Both the position numbers and the translations under genes were made by a program. Positions 1 to 12,555 of a DNA stretch of 64,000 nucleotides are shown one piece after another. A model generated the notes under the pieces. It did not search any database, was not told the DNA's origin, and saw only the letters and a list, made by a program, of their open reading frames with translations. Source of the stretch: Azolla caroliniana (lineage: Eukaryota; Plantae; Polypodiophyta); NCBI GenBank assembly GCA_043228905.1, contig JBHGNT010000008.1, forward strand, positions 20,708,001 through 20,772,000, written 5' to 3'. Every line of letters starts with the position of its first letter. Within the stretch, counting starts at the first letter, position 1.

Positions 1-300
1 TCCTCTTATATTGTGATGATATTTACAATACCTATTTCTTCAATCACCTCTCTCTTTCTCCAAACCACATTGATGATCACTTCAGGGAAGTCCATCCTAA
101 TTCCCAAGACTTGTTGAAGTGTCAACTCGATTTTGTTGTTGAAAATCCTAGACTCAAGCACCTTCTTTAGGTCAGTGCATGTTTCGATGTTAGAGGCAAG
201 TTTGAATATCATAGCAACCTTTTGCTTCCCTTTGTCTTCTCTCATCACCCCCACAACAACTCGTTCTGTTTCTCGTTATTTTTGTTCTCAAGACTTGGGT
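1..300 (-). mobile_element. Degenerate Ty3/gypsy gag-protease linker remnant
   Basis: ORF 6..254 (FKLASNIETCTDLKKVLESRIFNNKIELTLQQVLGI) resembles the gag/protease spacer of seed-free-plant gypsy polyproteins (recognised from memory, not searched). Frame is broken. Confidence 0.5.
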
Positions 301-899
301 CTTCTTGACGAACCCACTTCTTCAACTCTTCTTTGAACAATATAACAATTGACCAGATGCGCGATTCTGAAACCCAATATAACAATGTTTTTGAACACTT
401 GATACAACAATTCTTTGAGTCATCAAAGCTCATGGAAACCCCACTTGCGATGAAAATTGATCCTCTAGAACAACATCTTTGTCCACTCAATTAGTTGGTG
501 AAGGAAGCTACTAGTGACCTTTTGGTGGAGGAGATAATGAATACGTTGTCAAAGGAATCGACCCTTGCTAGTGGGTTAAAGAGGTTAGGGAAAATGGGCA
601 ATCATCAAGAAAAAGACGAAAGAAATGGCAAACACATCGCGCAAAAGACCAATTACTCAATCAAGAACCTATAATTGAACTCATTTAGTGGAAAACCCTT
701 TTTAAGGTTTACATCATGTTTACTATGTTTGTTATTGAAACCCTGTGGTTTATACTTTATTTGAACATTTGTATGACTTATGTGGAGGATAATTCAAAAA
801 TGACTAAGCATTGAAAGACTTTTGTTGTTTTGAAAATTATTGTTGTCTTGAAATAGTTTTGTTGCTTTGTGAGTGTGATTATGCTCCTTTTTTCTTTGT

Positions 900-1720
900 G
901 GACATAAATCAATTGCAACAAAGGTTGACGGTTCCACTCCAACTTTTGATGTTTTGTAGAATGAGATACTTCATATGTTTTCTTCCTTGATTACATAATA
1001 ATAAATAGTTTCTCTCAAGAGAGACGAAAAATATCATTTACCTTATTTCTTCCTAATTTTCAATAGTTTTTATTGGGAAAGTGTGTCTAGATTAGACGAC
1101 CACTATTAAAATTGTAATATTGCAATGCATACCCTAATCTCACAATTATGTTAATTTTTGTCTTAATGATTTCTTAAAGTCAAATATTAGGTGCATGATA
1201 ACTAACTTGAAAATGATCAAGTATGTAGAGTTAATGTGTCATGATAAAGTACGCAAAGTTGAAAACAAATTTACTAACCTTTTAGCAAGATTGAGGCGAA
1301 CATACATACATAAATGTATGTATGTATGTATATATATATATATATTGTGATTTGTGATTGAAGCTAACAAATTGAGATTCTAACAAGGATGGACATGTCT
1401 AGGATGATAAACAAGGCATTTTAAGTCTTCAAAAGTTAGGTGACAGAATGGCCACAACATATGTTGAATGTAAGACCATTGTTGAAGTGGTCAAATGTGA
1501 ACATCATATGAATGAACAATGAAAATGTACCCATAGGATTTTGTGTGATTTACTTTATGATTCACAAGTTGTCGTGCACTCTATGAAACTTATCACATAT
1601 ATGAGCCTTCCAAGGATGCATTACTTATATGAGTTGTTCAGAGCACTAGTATCATGGTTCATGGTTTCAACAAGATTCTGATAATGTTGCATAATGGGCT
1701 CTTCGTCAGACTTGAAACCC
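900..1720 (+). mobile_element. Highly decayed Ty1/copia RT/RNase H remnant
   Basis: Scattered in-order motif relics: TTYVECKTIVEVVK (~1455, cf. STTEAEY..A..A.K), LLYDSQVVVHSM (~1550, cf. YNDSQGA) and DNVA (~1680). No intact ORF. Confidence 0.4.
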
Positions 1721-2515
1721 AAATGTGGTGTCACATCCTAGTATAGGTGTGCATCCTTTCCACCTTGATAATGTAGATGTTGTAGCATGCTATTCATTTA
1801 TAACAACGACAAAATGGTGGCCATATTAAAAAAGGGGCATTGGGATTAAGAAAGGGCAATATGTGGAAGAAATACAAAAAGTTAAGGTCAGCTTCATGAA
1901 AATATGTGAAGCAAAAATGAAACCCACATATTCTACACATAAGTAACAGTATTTTTTGTGAAGGTGAAATTAGAGAGGACAAAAAACAAGCATTTCCTCT
2001 TACGACTATTTTTTGTGGGTTGAAAGTTCTCCATTTGTAATACAAGCATCGACATATATGTTCATACATGCACTTTGAAAGTTCTCCATTTTTCATCATT
2101 GTCAAATTTCTATGGACTTGTTGCACTTTAGAGAAGGATTCAGTGAAAGAAGGTATTTTATATTGAAGGTTAAAAATGTAAGGGGCATCCTTCAAATTTT
2201 GGCAGTAATTGTGTTTCCTACTAACAAGTTGCAAACATTTTAAACCACCATTTTTTTTATGAATGAGGATTTCTTTTCCAAAGACAACATGAATATCACA
2301 AATAACATATTTTATAGACAGAGAGATGCATCTATATTTAGCATTTAGAAAGAAAGAGATGCACATCATATATGCCATAGAGTAAAGTTTAAGTGTGCCT
2401 TTGGTAGATTCTTATAGTGGGAGATTGAGGGAGAGGGGAGGGAAGGGATACTAGAAAAATCTCGAGAATATATGGCCAAACACACATCAGTTCCTCTATC
2501 AAAAAGAAATCAAGG

Positions 2516-3071
2516 GCGGGGGATTGGCCGCTTAGTGCAATTATGCCAGGTGCAAGGCTTAATCAAGTGGGGAAATGTATGTTGGCTATCATGGTAGGCC
2601 CCAGTTGACAGATACGAGCATCAGGAGGAGGGGATGACTTTGGTGGTAAAAGCACAAGAGGTTTTTTTCTCCACCATCGACAATTTTCACTCAACTCCTA
2701 TCAATGTCAAATCTCAAGTTGTGTTGGAATTGGTCAGCCCAATAACTCTTTGGATTCTATGGAAACAACGATGTAAACGGGTCTTACCAAACCAAACTGC
2801 GCAGCCAATAGTATTAATGCAAGAGATATGGAGTGATGTTGTAGCCACTCTAAAGAGCCAATATGATGGCCTCAAGGGCGACTCCAATGGAGTTGAAAGA
2901 CAACGACTAGCCTTCATCCAACAATGGTCGTCGCTCCCCTTTATTGAGTCAGTGGGCATCCATATAAGATGGACCTATCACATCCCTACAGGGATTTGTA
3001 TAGAATAATCTCATCTGTAAAAAATTTATAACTAATGGGAGGAGTTTTTTGGGGGAAAAAAATAAAGAAAT
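2516..3071 (+). mobile_element. 5'-truncated L1-type LINE (ORF2 C-terminus, 3' UTR and A-rich tail)
   Basis: ORF 2634..3008 (ITLWILWKQRC...EIWSDVVATLKSQYDGLKG...WTYHIP) aligns by eye with the C-terminus of the LINE at 13707..14294 (ITLWALWKYRW...EIWENLMAVVRGQYDNMQG...WQYRLP). A-rich tail from ~3056. Putative TSD aaagaaatcaagg (2503-2515) / aaagaaataaagg (3072-3084). Confidence 0.8.
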
Positions 3072-4399
3072 AAAGAAATAAAGGACCCTTATATCACTTG
3101 ATCACAATAGACTAGTTGCATCAAATGACATTTAAAGAGATAAACAAACCATAATTGTATGTAGGTTGATCACCTGAGAAATGGTGTAGCTAGAACCTAG
3201 AAGGGCGACAAATAGAGCATTGAATAGTCCTACACTAGATTTGAGTCATCTTTTTCGCTTTTCATTAAGTCTACACTCAACACTACAAGCATCATTTTTA
3301 GCCCTATGGAAGGGGAATGTCATTTTGATCACCCTTTCCATAGGGAATAGAGATGGTAGCCTTTTATTCCATGTTATATCACTTGGAGTCTCATTGTTAT
3401 GTCCCTCACATCGTTGATCACAAACACATTAAGAAAGTACAATACATATTCTCCCAAGAAAACTACTTCCATTCGTTAAGGCAATGTACATAGTACAATA
3501 CATATTTGGATGCAAGGAGGGATACATCCATCAAAGATTTTATTTATTAAAATGTTGACAAACATTGAAATAATAGTCTAAATTCAAACTAGAAAAGAAA
3601 ACATTCCCCAAGTGTCAATAAGATGGAATGATACATAAATAAAAACAACGAGAAAATAGTTAAGATGCATTATCTATACATACGAGGAGAATGTTATAGC
3701 CCCCCATCCACCTGTGCTAGCATTGTGGCTAATGTTCTTTGTTTGCTATGTAATCCACGATGATCAGAACATTTGGAGTAGCTAATTGATTATGAAGATG
3801 ATGACAAGTTTACTCTACAATGAGCTTCTCTATGAGAAACAATGTACAACACATGAGATTGTCCAAAATATTGACTACAACTCTTTAACGTAGATCAATG
3901 TATGTGTCAATGCATTGAAAATGATATATTTAAGTGACCATATTAATATGTAGATGTTTAAGCCTCAATATATCCTCAAATTATTAAGTAAGAATGAAGT
4001 AAATGACCAGATTTCCAATCATCCCAATGTAAAATACATAAAACTTAAAAAATAGAATGTGAGTTTATCCTCTATTCCGCAAAAGCCTAACATTTCTTAT
4101 TATTTTCCATGTGCTTAATCCTCTAATCAATAAACAAGACATTTCTTAACTTTATTCCCAAATGTGTACTTGACCGTATCGTGTGATGCTTAGCATGAAA
4201 ATGAGCCTGATAAAGGGTGGATAATTTACTGGATGATGTGTGCATAAATAACATTGCCTAAAAAGTGTCCATTTTAAATATTGATTTCTTTTTCATAAAG
4301 TTGCATGAAATCATGGATGCTTAAGATGTATCATGTTAGGAAGTAAACATTTAAAAAAATTTGTTTAGATCAAGATATGCAACCTTGGTGGCACTATAG

Positions 4400-6000
4400 T
4401 TAAGGACAACTTGTGCATCATGAAAATACAATATTGTATGTGGAGAACATGCATATTTATAGAATTCTCACAAATCAACAAGCCCCAAATTAGCCAAGTC
4501 AAGACAAGATGAATAAGGAAATAGGAAGGTAAAGAGTTTATATTGGATACCTTGCAAGAAGGTTTTTTCATAAGATTTGAAATTTTTCTTTCTTTATATT
4601 GAGGGTCTTATGAAAATTTCAAGATATTTGAGAAAATTCTTCCATGGCCATATCAAACGTCCATGTTTTATCCCAATAGGCATTGTCGACCATCACACAT
4701 AGTTAGACACGAAATTTAGTGACCATTTTCGGGTGTGCACTTTGAACTAAGAATTGATAAAGTGTGGAGAGTTTACATCACATGTGCACCTCGAAGAGCT
4801 CCCTTGCAAATAATACCCAAACAAAGATTCTCTACCTTTCTTATACATAGAGAGAAGTAACAACAAATAAATTTGCATTGAATTTTAGCATTACAATTTA
4901 CAAGCGGTACATAGAAAGGATTCTATCAACATAAAAAGATAGATAGAAAGGATTCTATCAACTCAAATAAATAGACCTAAGAGTATTTATAACACAAATA
5001 AATAATCATAGAGCTTGACATAGAGAAAAAAATAAATGCAACAAATATTGTGTCTCGAATTTGATAACGCGACATTCTTAAACAATATATTAACTTTGCG
5101 CTAGAGTAACACCAACTAAACATCAACTAGCTAAAATTGTTTAAGGCACCAACATTTACATACAAAAAAAACAGGACAACTCATTATGAAAGAATTGACC
5201 AATGCACGGTTTGCCACGAATGCGTTTCTATGTTCCTCGTGTAGTTCCCCTTGATTATGCCATTAGAAATGGTGCCCACATATAAGCAATGGTTGTACCA
5301 CATTGGCTTGGCAAACCATAAATGTCTTTGGCCATTTTTCCCATCTCACCAATGTATTCACCACACAACACAAGATCTCCCTCGCATGTAAACGTCTCTA
5401 ACAAGCACCTACATAATCACATGAAATTATTCCCAACTCCTCTACAACCCCGAATCTCTCTTTTACCAAGTTTATGGTAAAGTGATTCCACACATGTATG
5501 TTTCTTCTGTTACTTTTAATCATTCAACGTATCAATTGTTGATGTTGGTTGGTTAGTTCACATTAGTTGAACTCCACCTAAGGGTGTGGTAATTGCATAT
5601 ACTTTGTTTCTAATGAAGGGTCATTGAAGCCTAGGGCATCAATATTGAGAGTATAAATGAGGGGCAGACACAAACTGCAAAACCAAACCTCAACAAAAGC
5701 ATTGATAACCAAACTATCATATCATTTGGGTTGTTGCCTTCATTATTGTACACTTCATGGGCTTCAACCTTTATTGTGGGCCACAACCTCAATAGATCCC
5801 CCCATATTGACTACATATGATTATAAATAACCTACCAACATATTTGCATGGCTCATGGCTAATGTAGCAAAGGCAAATAGAATAATGTACAATGTGTATG
5901 TAACAAATGTCAAGAAATGGTGGGGCTAGAGACGTCTTACACTCAAATTGGGTGTAATACATGTAATTGACACAAGAATGTTCCATGACATGATGCTTGT
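4400..6000 (-). mobile_element. Very decayed Ty3/gypsy pol (integrase/RNase H) remnant
   Basis: Motif relics on the minus strand, e.g. WPTIKVEAHE (~5780, cf. integrase Zn-finger WPTL..DAHEY) and YAITTPLGGVQL (~5590). No open frame; boundaries approximate. Confidence 0.3.
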
Positions 6001-9000
6001 ATAAATGAAAAATGGCCATCTTTGTTAGGAAATGTCAAGCAATATGCCTACAATAAAGGGAAACATTTAGCTTGGAATGATTCTTTTTATTGTGCTAACA
6101 AAGTGGATCAAGGGTATTCTCCAAGTCCAAATTTCTAATTTTATCAATTCATCAAAGGAGGATAATATTAAGGAAGAATGAGAGGCTTGCAAAGACCCAA
6201 AATGGGAGAAGGAAAAGTAGTTTCAATGAGTAGTGTGGAGTTTATTTAAGCTAAGGCTACACTATTGATATGTGGTGTAAATAATTAACATTAATTCATG
6301 TTAAACACACAAGTCATTGTAGTCACATTAACTATACATGCCATAACCAATCGATTGATTATCTATACCATGTAACCTTCCAAAAAAATCAAGTCCAAAA
6401 ATGATAGCAAGAAAATAGATGATGAAACTACTTTATGCTTCCACATGTCATCATAATATTCCCATAATGTTAGTTGTATATTGAAAGAGATTAATTTCCT
6501 TAATGTTGATAAGTTTGTTATGCGAGTCAATAGGAAAAATCTAGGTTTGGTCAACACGTCTTTAACTTGTGGGGATAACTATGAAATCATTATTTGATAC
6601 ATCTATAGTGATGAAAAAGTGTGCAAGAGTGTGAACATTTTACCCATCCAAACCTTTATGAGTGGCAACAGTTGACGAGTGGAAATATAATGACTCTACA
6701 AAGTGAACTCTAGAGAAGGATGACATCAACATGAGAAAGTTTGATGGGTAGTAAATACGATTTAAACAAACACACAACTTATCGGAAGTTAAATGGAAGG
6801 ATGAGAAAGAGGGAAGTGAAAGTTTACATGTTGAACCTATGTAAGTTGGGAGGTCGTTATTAACACTAACTATGATATGTATATGCTCTTGAGGATTGAT
6901 TCAATATCATTTCATGAGCAAGTGATTCAATAATAAGCATAAACAAGCATCATTCTAATTAATTAAAAATTAACTCACAAGATCGTTGACAAAATTCCTT
7001 TATTCATTTCAAATTGAATAAAGCGTAATTAGTGAGTTGTGTGTTAGGGGATATTATTAAAAGCCTAATTTTGGTATTTATAGAGAGATCAAGAAAGTTA
7101 TTGACATTGTTTACTAAGGATACTATACCATCACTCTACACACACTTTGATAGCTCATGTATTTCAAAGTTTTCATTTCAATTAACAGCTACATCTGAGA
7201 TACATGCAAGCATTTCCATCAGGCAAATATATCTCAAGCCTATCAATCTTATTATGGTTGATTTAATGGCTCACTATTTCATTGGCCTACGCGAAGTTGT
7301 AGCAACGTGTATCTTAAGCCTACCAATTTGATTGGCGTTGACTTCGTGACTTATTATTTCGTTGGCATGCCTCAAAGTTTGTAGCAACTTTAAAAAGAAC
7401 ATGTCCATGTAGTTTCATTTGTAAATAAATGTAAAAAACTACCACATGTTCTACACTAATAGAGAACCCTTTCCTATCAAGATTCAAATACTTGACGGTC
7501 AAATTAGAAAAGTCTGAATTAAAATTTCTCATCATGGTTGTAGGCAATGTGTATGATTCACAATAATGTGTCTGAATCCGCAATCATGAACACCAATTTT
7601 GATTCATTCCACTTTGAACCATTGAGTGTCCTTCTTATATCAACCATTTATGAGTTTGTAAGCATTTATGGCATAATTTAACACAAACGAATAAGTATAT
7701 GTACATATGAGAGAGAGGGATGAGGTGAAATGGAGAGGTTGATACACCAATGTGGAATGCCAAAAAAATAAAAAAGAAAGAGACCATTTTAGACAAGATT
7801 TGGAAAATTTCAATCAACATGAGAAGATGTTTCTACCTCTTCAAGTATAATAGGGAAAATAGCAAAAGTCAATGCTTATATTTTCAAAATATTAGCAAAA
7901 TGGATTTATCTATGGATAGTCTTAATTATCTATACCAATATAATATAGAGCAACATATGAGCTTCCAAGGGTTCATGTCCAAAATGTGAAACTCCATGAT
8001 TGAATGCAAATGTCTCATTGCAAGGCATTGGTTTGGACTTCAAGCTTTTAAGACGAATGCCAAGAAGGTGGGAAGTTGTAATTCTAATCATTGCCTCAAA
8101 CTTGACATGGTCACTTTAACAATCATTTACATACAGATCCCGAAGTTATATTATTTAATGGTAGGTCTTTGCTATGGAGAGTATAACATTTTCATATACA
8201 TTGGCACAATAAGAAACTCATAATGTGAAGTTTGAACAAAGAAAAAGTAAATAATCCCGTGAGATTACATATATGTACTAACTTCTAGCACATGAACCGA
8301 CATTGAAATTTTCATTTCCCGTGAAGCATTTGTCTTGGCCTACTTTCCACCAATCTAAAATGAATTTGATTTGAGATTTGGTTCCAAATGCATTATTACA
8401 TATGGGATTGCCTCCTCTACAAAAATTATTTGAGAGTTTATATAAGTATGGCGTCTGATAGCACATAATTGAGTGTAGTACAACTAGATGCACATTGCTT
8501 ATTCCAAGTACGGTGTAGTGCATATTTGCAATGTTAGAACCATAGTATGAACCATACGTACCATATGTGCATTCACATTCGAGTATATTTTGATCATATT
8601 AGTACGGTAAACACCCTCGAAGTATGGTAAATACCACACTTTTGTATTCATTATTTACTATGAGGTAAAACGTTTTGTATGGTAAAAAGGTGAGTTTTTT
8701 TTTTTTAAATGTTAAAATAAAAACATAAGTATGTTTTCATAACATACACATTCATTTGCAAACGTATGAAAATGAATGTTTGAGCAGAATAATGGGAATA
8801 TTGTGTTCTATGTTTGGAATTATTTCTTTGCATAGTGAGTGGCAAATGACGTGCAACAATTGTTTAGAAATTGATTTTACATCCTTAGATATATGGGCAA
8901 CCATGGTCAACAATCCAAGTTTCCAAACGATGAATAACCATTCCCATGCGTTGCAACTTTGTATATGTAGATGTGTCTAAATGGTTGCCTGCATGTGAGT

Positions 9001-9998
9001 ACAATTATTGTTTTCTGATATTGGTACCATGTAATTGGAGACAATCATGTGTTATACTATGGTTGAATAATTGACATTCTCGAGGCCAATTTCTCAAGCA
9101 ATTCTAAAATACACAAATAAGGTCTTATAATCAATGTCATTTCAATGTTCAAAGTTGGCCTTTTGAATGTACATTGTTGATATGAAAGAAAGGGTGTGTG
9201 TGTGTGCGCGCGCATGCGAATGCCTGTGTGGAAGTACATGAATGCATGAATGCATGCATGCAATGATGCACATCTATGCTTGTATGCAAATGAATGCAAG
9301 ATGTGTTGGATGCCTATGCCATCTAGCTGTGTATTGGTAAATCAAATAACATCTTAGGAAAATCAAGACATTAGGGCATGGCAACGATATTGCGACAACT
9401 CAAGCTTGAATGCCGTTGGAATATTGAAAGAGTCACATTTGGGAATATGTGAGGAGGGTTTGGCAAATTGAGGGACGTGTGTATACATAGAGCAATAGAG
9501 TAATTGTTATTCCCAAGGTAATGGTTAAGCAACGTAGGTGATGTCATTAGTGACACGTGTTAAGGCTTGGATAACGAGGGAGAGATATATATGATGTCGA
9601 GATCGACATAGTGTAGGTGTAGGGGAGATGTATGTGTAAAAGAGACAAAGGGAGATTTGAATGTGAATGAGGTGGGATTTGACAATGAGTAGGGAGTTGA
9701 ATAATGTGATAGGAGAAAGTTGAAAAGGCCATCATTAATAGGGGTTTAGGTCTAAAGTGGTAGAGCAAGTTGCAAGGTGGGTGGCTGAGGTGCCCATAAG
9801 GCCCACGTGCTTAAAGACTGTGACAAAAAAGGGTATCTTCAAAGGGTACTTCAAAGGCTAATCATTCTATGGAAGGGTTCACACACGCACACACACGCAC
9901 ATGTAAGCAAATTTTAGCTCCTTTACCTTCAACTTTATTTAGCATTGGTGAGGAGACCTCTTCATATTTCGAAATGTATCGACACTTCTAACCTCTCT

Positions 9999-10002
<4 letters not shown>

Positions 10003-10029
<27 letters not shown>
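10003..10029. repeat. (CT)n microsatellite
   Basis: Directly visible run. Confidence 0.9.
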
Positions 10030-10032
<3 letters not shown>

Positions 10033-10641
10033 GTCTAGGACAAGAATTAGACAATTCGTTCTACAAATCCATCAACAAACATATCAGAGCCCCCATCTTT
10101 GGAAAGCATCGAGAGAGGACGTAGTTGTGTGAGTAGTTTCGACTTCCTCAAACCCAGAAGAATCGTCACGAAATCAAGAATCGTGATCCCATAACACAAG
10201 GTTTAAAGACATCTCGACTAACTCCGACTTTGATCTCGCCGTCTCGTTGGGGCTTGCTTCCCTTTCTTGTCTATCTTTACTGTGGCTTTTCTTATTTTGG
10301 TTCGGTTTTCATTTCTCGAACACGGAGAGTGAGCAAGCCATAAGAGAGAGTCTAGTATCGTTCAAAGTGTTCGTTCCGATAGGGGGGGGCATTATCACGC
10401 TAGGTAGCGTCTTTGGACATCTGAGTAAATAATAAGACCCACCTTTCTTTCTTTCTTTCTTTCTAGTGAGAACCAATCCATACATCCATCTCTCATAAGA
10501 AGCCTTTGGGGTAGAAACATCTACATAAGATTTTTTTAGTATTATCCACTTCTCATTCTCCCTATCTCTCCAAAGCAAAAAGAAGAAGAAGAAGAAGAAG
10601 AAGAAGAAAGAGAGAAATTTTTATTATTAGTACATAGATAG

Positions 10642-11922
10642 ATGCCTGTCTCCACCATGCCCATGTTGAGGGCTCCTCCTGCTTCTTCAATTTCGCCGCT
10701 AGGTGTGGCGGCGGCGGCGGCGGCGGGGAAGCCCGGGCCTCCGGGAGATGTCCGCCCGGACGAAAGCACGAGCGGCGGCCAAACCAGCAGCGGCGGCGGG
10801 AAGAAGAGGTCCCATGACCATGACCATGACCATGACCACCACCATCATCATCCCTACCCCTCTAGCCATAGCCATAGCCATAGCCATAGCCATGGGCATG
10901 CTGCTGAAGAATCCGATCCCGATCCGTCGAGAAGCCATGGCCATGGCCATGAGATGACCACCACCGGCGGCGGCCTCCACCACATCCGGCGGCCACGCGG
11001 CCGGCCGCTAGGCTCCAAGAACAAGCCGAAGCCGCCGGTGATCATCAGCAAGGACTGCGCCTCGGCCCTGCGGGCGCACGTGCTGGAGGTGCCGGCCACG
11101 TGCGACGTGGTGGCCTGCGTGGCGGGCTTCGCACGTGCGCGCCGCCGCGGGCTGTGCATCCTCTCGGGGAGCGGCGCGGTGACCAACGTGACGCTCAGGC
11201 AGCCGTCGGGGTCAGGGTCAGCGTCAGGGTCAACGGTGACGTTGAGGGGCTGCTTCGAGATACTGTCCATGACGGGGGCCTTCCTGCCGTCGTCGTCGTC
11301 AGATTTGACGGCGGATTTGACGGCGGGGATGACGCGATTGACGGTGTATCTGGCCGGCGGCCAGGGGAACGTGGTGGGGGGCAGTGTGGTGGGGAGCCTG
11401 GTGGCCGCGGCGCCCGTCGTGGTCATCGCCTCCTCCTTCCTCGACGCGTCTTACGAGCATCTGCCGCTACAACATGAGGAGGAGGAGTTGGAGGAGGCGG
11501 ACAATATTGCTGCGGTGGACGACGACGATGCGGACAATAATAATGCGGTGGTCGACACGGTCCCGGGCCCCGTGTCCGAACTCCACAGGCGGCCCACGGA
11601 GCCCCACAACCACAACATTCCCAATGATCCCATCCATGAAAGTGTCACCCACAACCATGACCAAGACCACCATCTTAGGCATCATCATCATCATCACCAT
11701 AGCAATGGGCTTGGTGGTGACACCTCCTCCTCTTCTCTCATCCAACACCAACACCAACACCAACCAACACCTCCTTTGAACCTCAACACCATGGCTATTA
11801 TGTACAACCACAATTTGCCCCCCAACCTCCTCCTCTCCAACCAATCTCACCCCCACCACACTACCCTACCCCAAGAGGTCTACCCTCCTTGGTCCATTCA
11901 TCCCCCACGCCTCTCGTTCTAA
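10642..11922 (+). CDS. AHL: AT-hook motif nuclear-localized protein (clade A AHL: one AT-hook plus PPC/DUF296 domain), intronless, 426 aa
   Basis: [22 protein letters not shown]-hook followed by a PPC domain (LRAHVLEV...[25 protein letters not shown]...FEILS..G...[30 protein letters not shown]). His-rich tracts; GC/CpG-rich coding sequence. Confidence 0.96.
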   Translation: MPVSTMPMLRAPPASSISPLGVAAAAAAGKPGPPGDVRPDESTSGGQTSSGGGKKRSHDHDHDHDHHHHHPYPSSHSHSHSHSHGHAAEESDPDPSRSHGHGHEMTTTGGGLHHIRRPRGRPLGSKNKPKPPVIISKDCASALRAHVLEVPATCDVVACVAGFARARRRGLCILSGSGAVTNVTLRQPSGSGSASGSTVTLRGCFEILSMTGAFLPSSSSDLTADLTAGMTRLTVYLAGGQGNVVGGSVVGSLVAAAPVVVIASSFLDASYEHLPLQHEEEELEEADNIAAVDDDDADNNNAVVDTVPGPVSELHRRPTEPHNHNIPNDPIHESVTHNHDQDHHLRHHHHHHHSNGLGGDTSSSSLIQHQHQHQPTPPLNLNTMAIMYNHNLPPNLLLSNQSHPHHTTLPQEVYPPWSIHPPRLSF

Positions 11923-11984
11923 GCGGCCCGCCTTGTCTTGTCTTGTCGGGCACCCTTTGTTCAATGTCATGATAGACAAGATAC

Positions 11985-12118
11985 CCTTTGTCGGAGTCGT
12001 GCTAGACATTGGTATCATCCTATCTACCCTTGTCGGAGTCGTGCTAGACATTGGTATCATCCTATCTACCCTTGTCCAGGTCGTGCTAGACATTGGTATC
12101 ATCCTGTCGATCCTTGTC
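11985..12118. repeat. 42-bp tandem repeat x3 just downstream of the AHL stop
   Basis: Unit cccttgtcggagtcgtgctagacattggtatcatcctatcta at 11985, 12027 and 12069. Confidence 0.92.
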
Positions 12119-12526
12119 TCATCATATAAGATCATCTTCAATGCCCCACGCCCGTCCCCCATCACATCATCCTATATTTGATCCGAACTTATCTATCTAC
12201 TCTTCGAGATCTCGCGAGAATCACATATATCTTTCTTTACTTATTTACCCCAAGGTGACGTAGCATCATCGCCCCCCCCCTCTTGGTTCCTTTCACACAT
12301 CGGCTTCGACGCCATTTCAACACAACTTACATATATTTGTTCCACTCCTACCAACATTCGGGGGTAACTCTTGATGTTGCTCCAAACCAACCAACTTTGA
12401 TATTTATTACCGGGCTTTTCTCGGCCCCACTCGCCCATATGGTTCATTTACATCGGCATGACAAATTAGCATGAGAACTTAACAATTCAATTTCGGTGTG
12501 CTTCAAAAAAATTTGCACAGTGTAGG

Positions 12527-12555
12527 CTAAACCCTAAACCCTAAACCCTAAACCC
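12527..12555. repeat. Interstitial plant telomeric repeat (CCCTAAA)~4 / telo-box array
   Basis: ctaaaccctaaaccctaaaccctaaaccc. Confidence 0.85.

Noticed and set aside
1794-2378. 194-aa ORF on the minus strand
   Set aside because: No recognisable domain; composition typical of AT-rich non-coding or decayed TE sequence.
8500-8700. Cluster of gtaYggtaaa motifs as a DNA-transposon subterminal array
   Set aside because: No TIR or TSD could be defined; too degenerate to call.
10699-11859. Overlapping alternative-frame and antisense ORFs across AHL
   Set aside because: By-products of high GC and codon microsatellites; no independent motifs.
11985-12118. 42-bp and 48-bp (51923-52064) repeats as CRISPR-like arrays
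   Set aside because: Units are contiguous with no unique spacers, and the context is eukaryotic.
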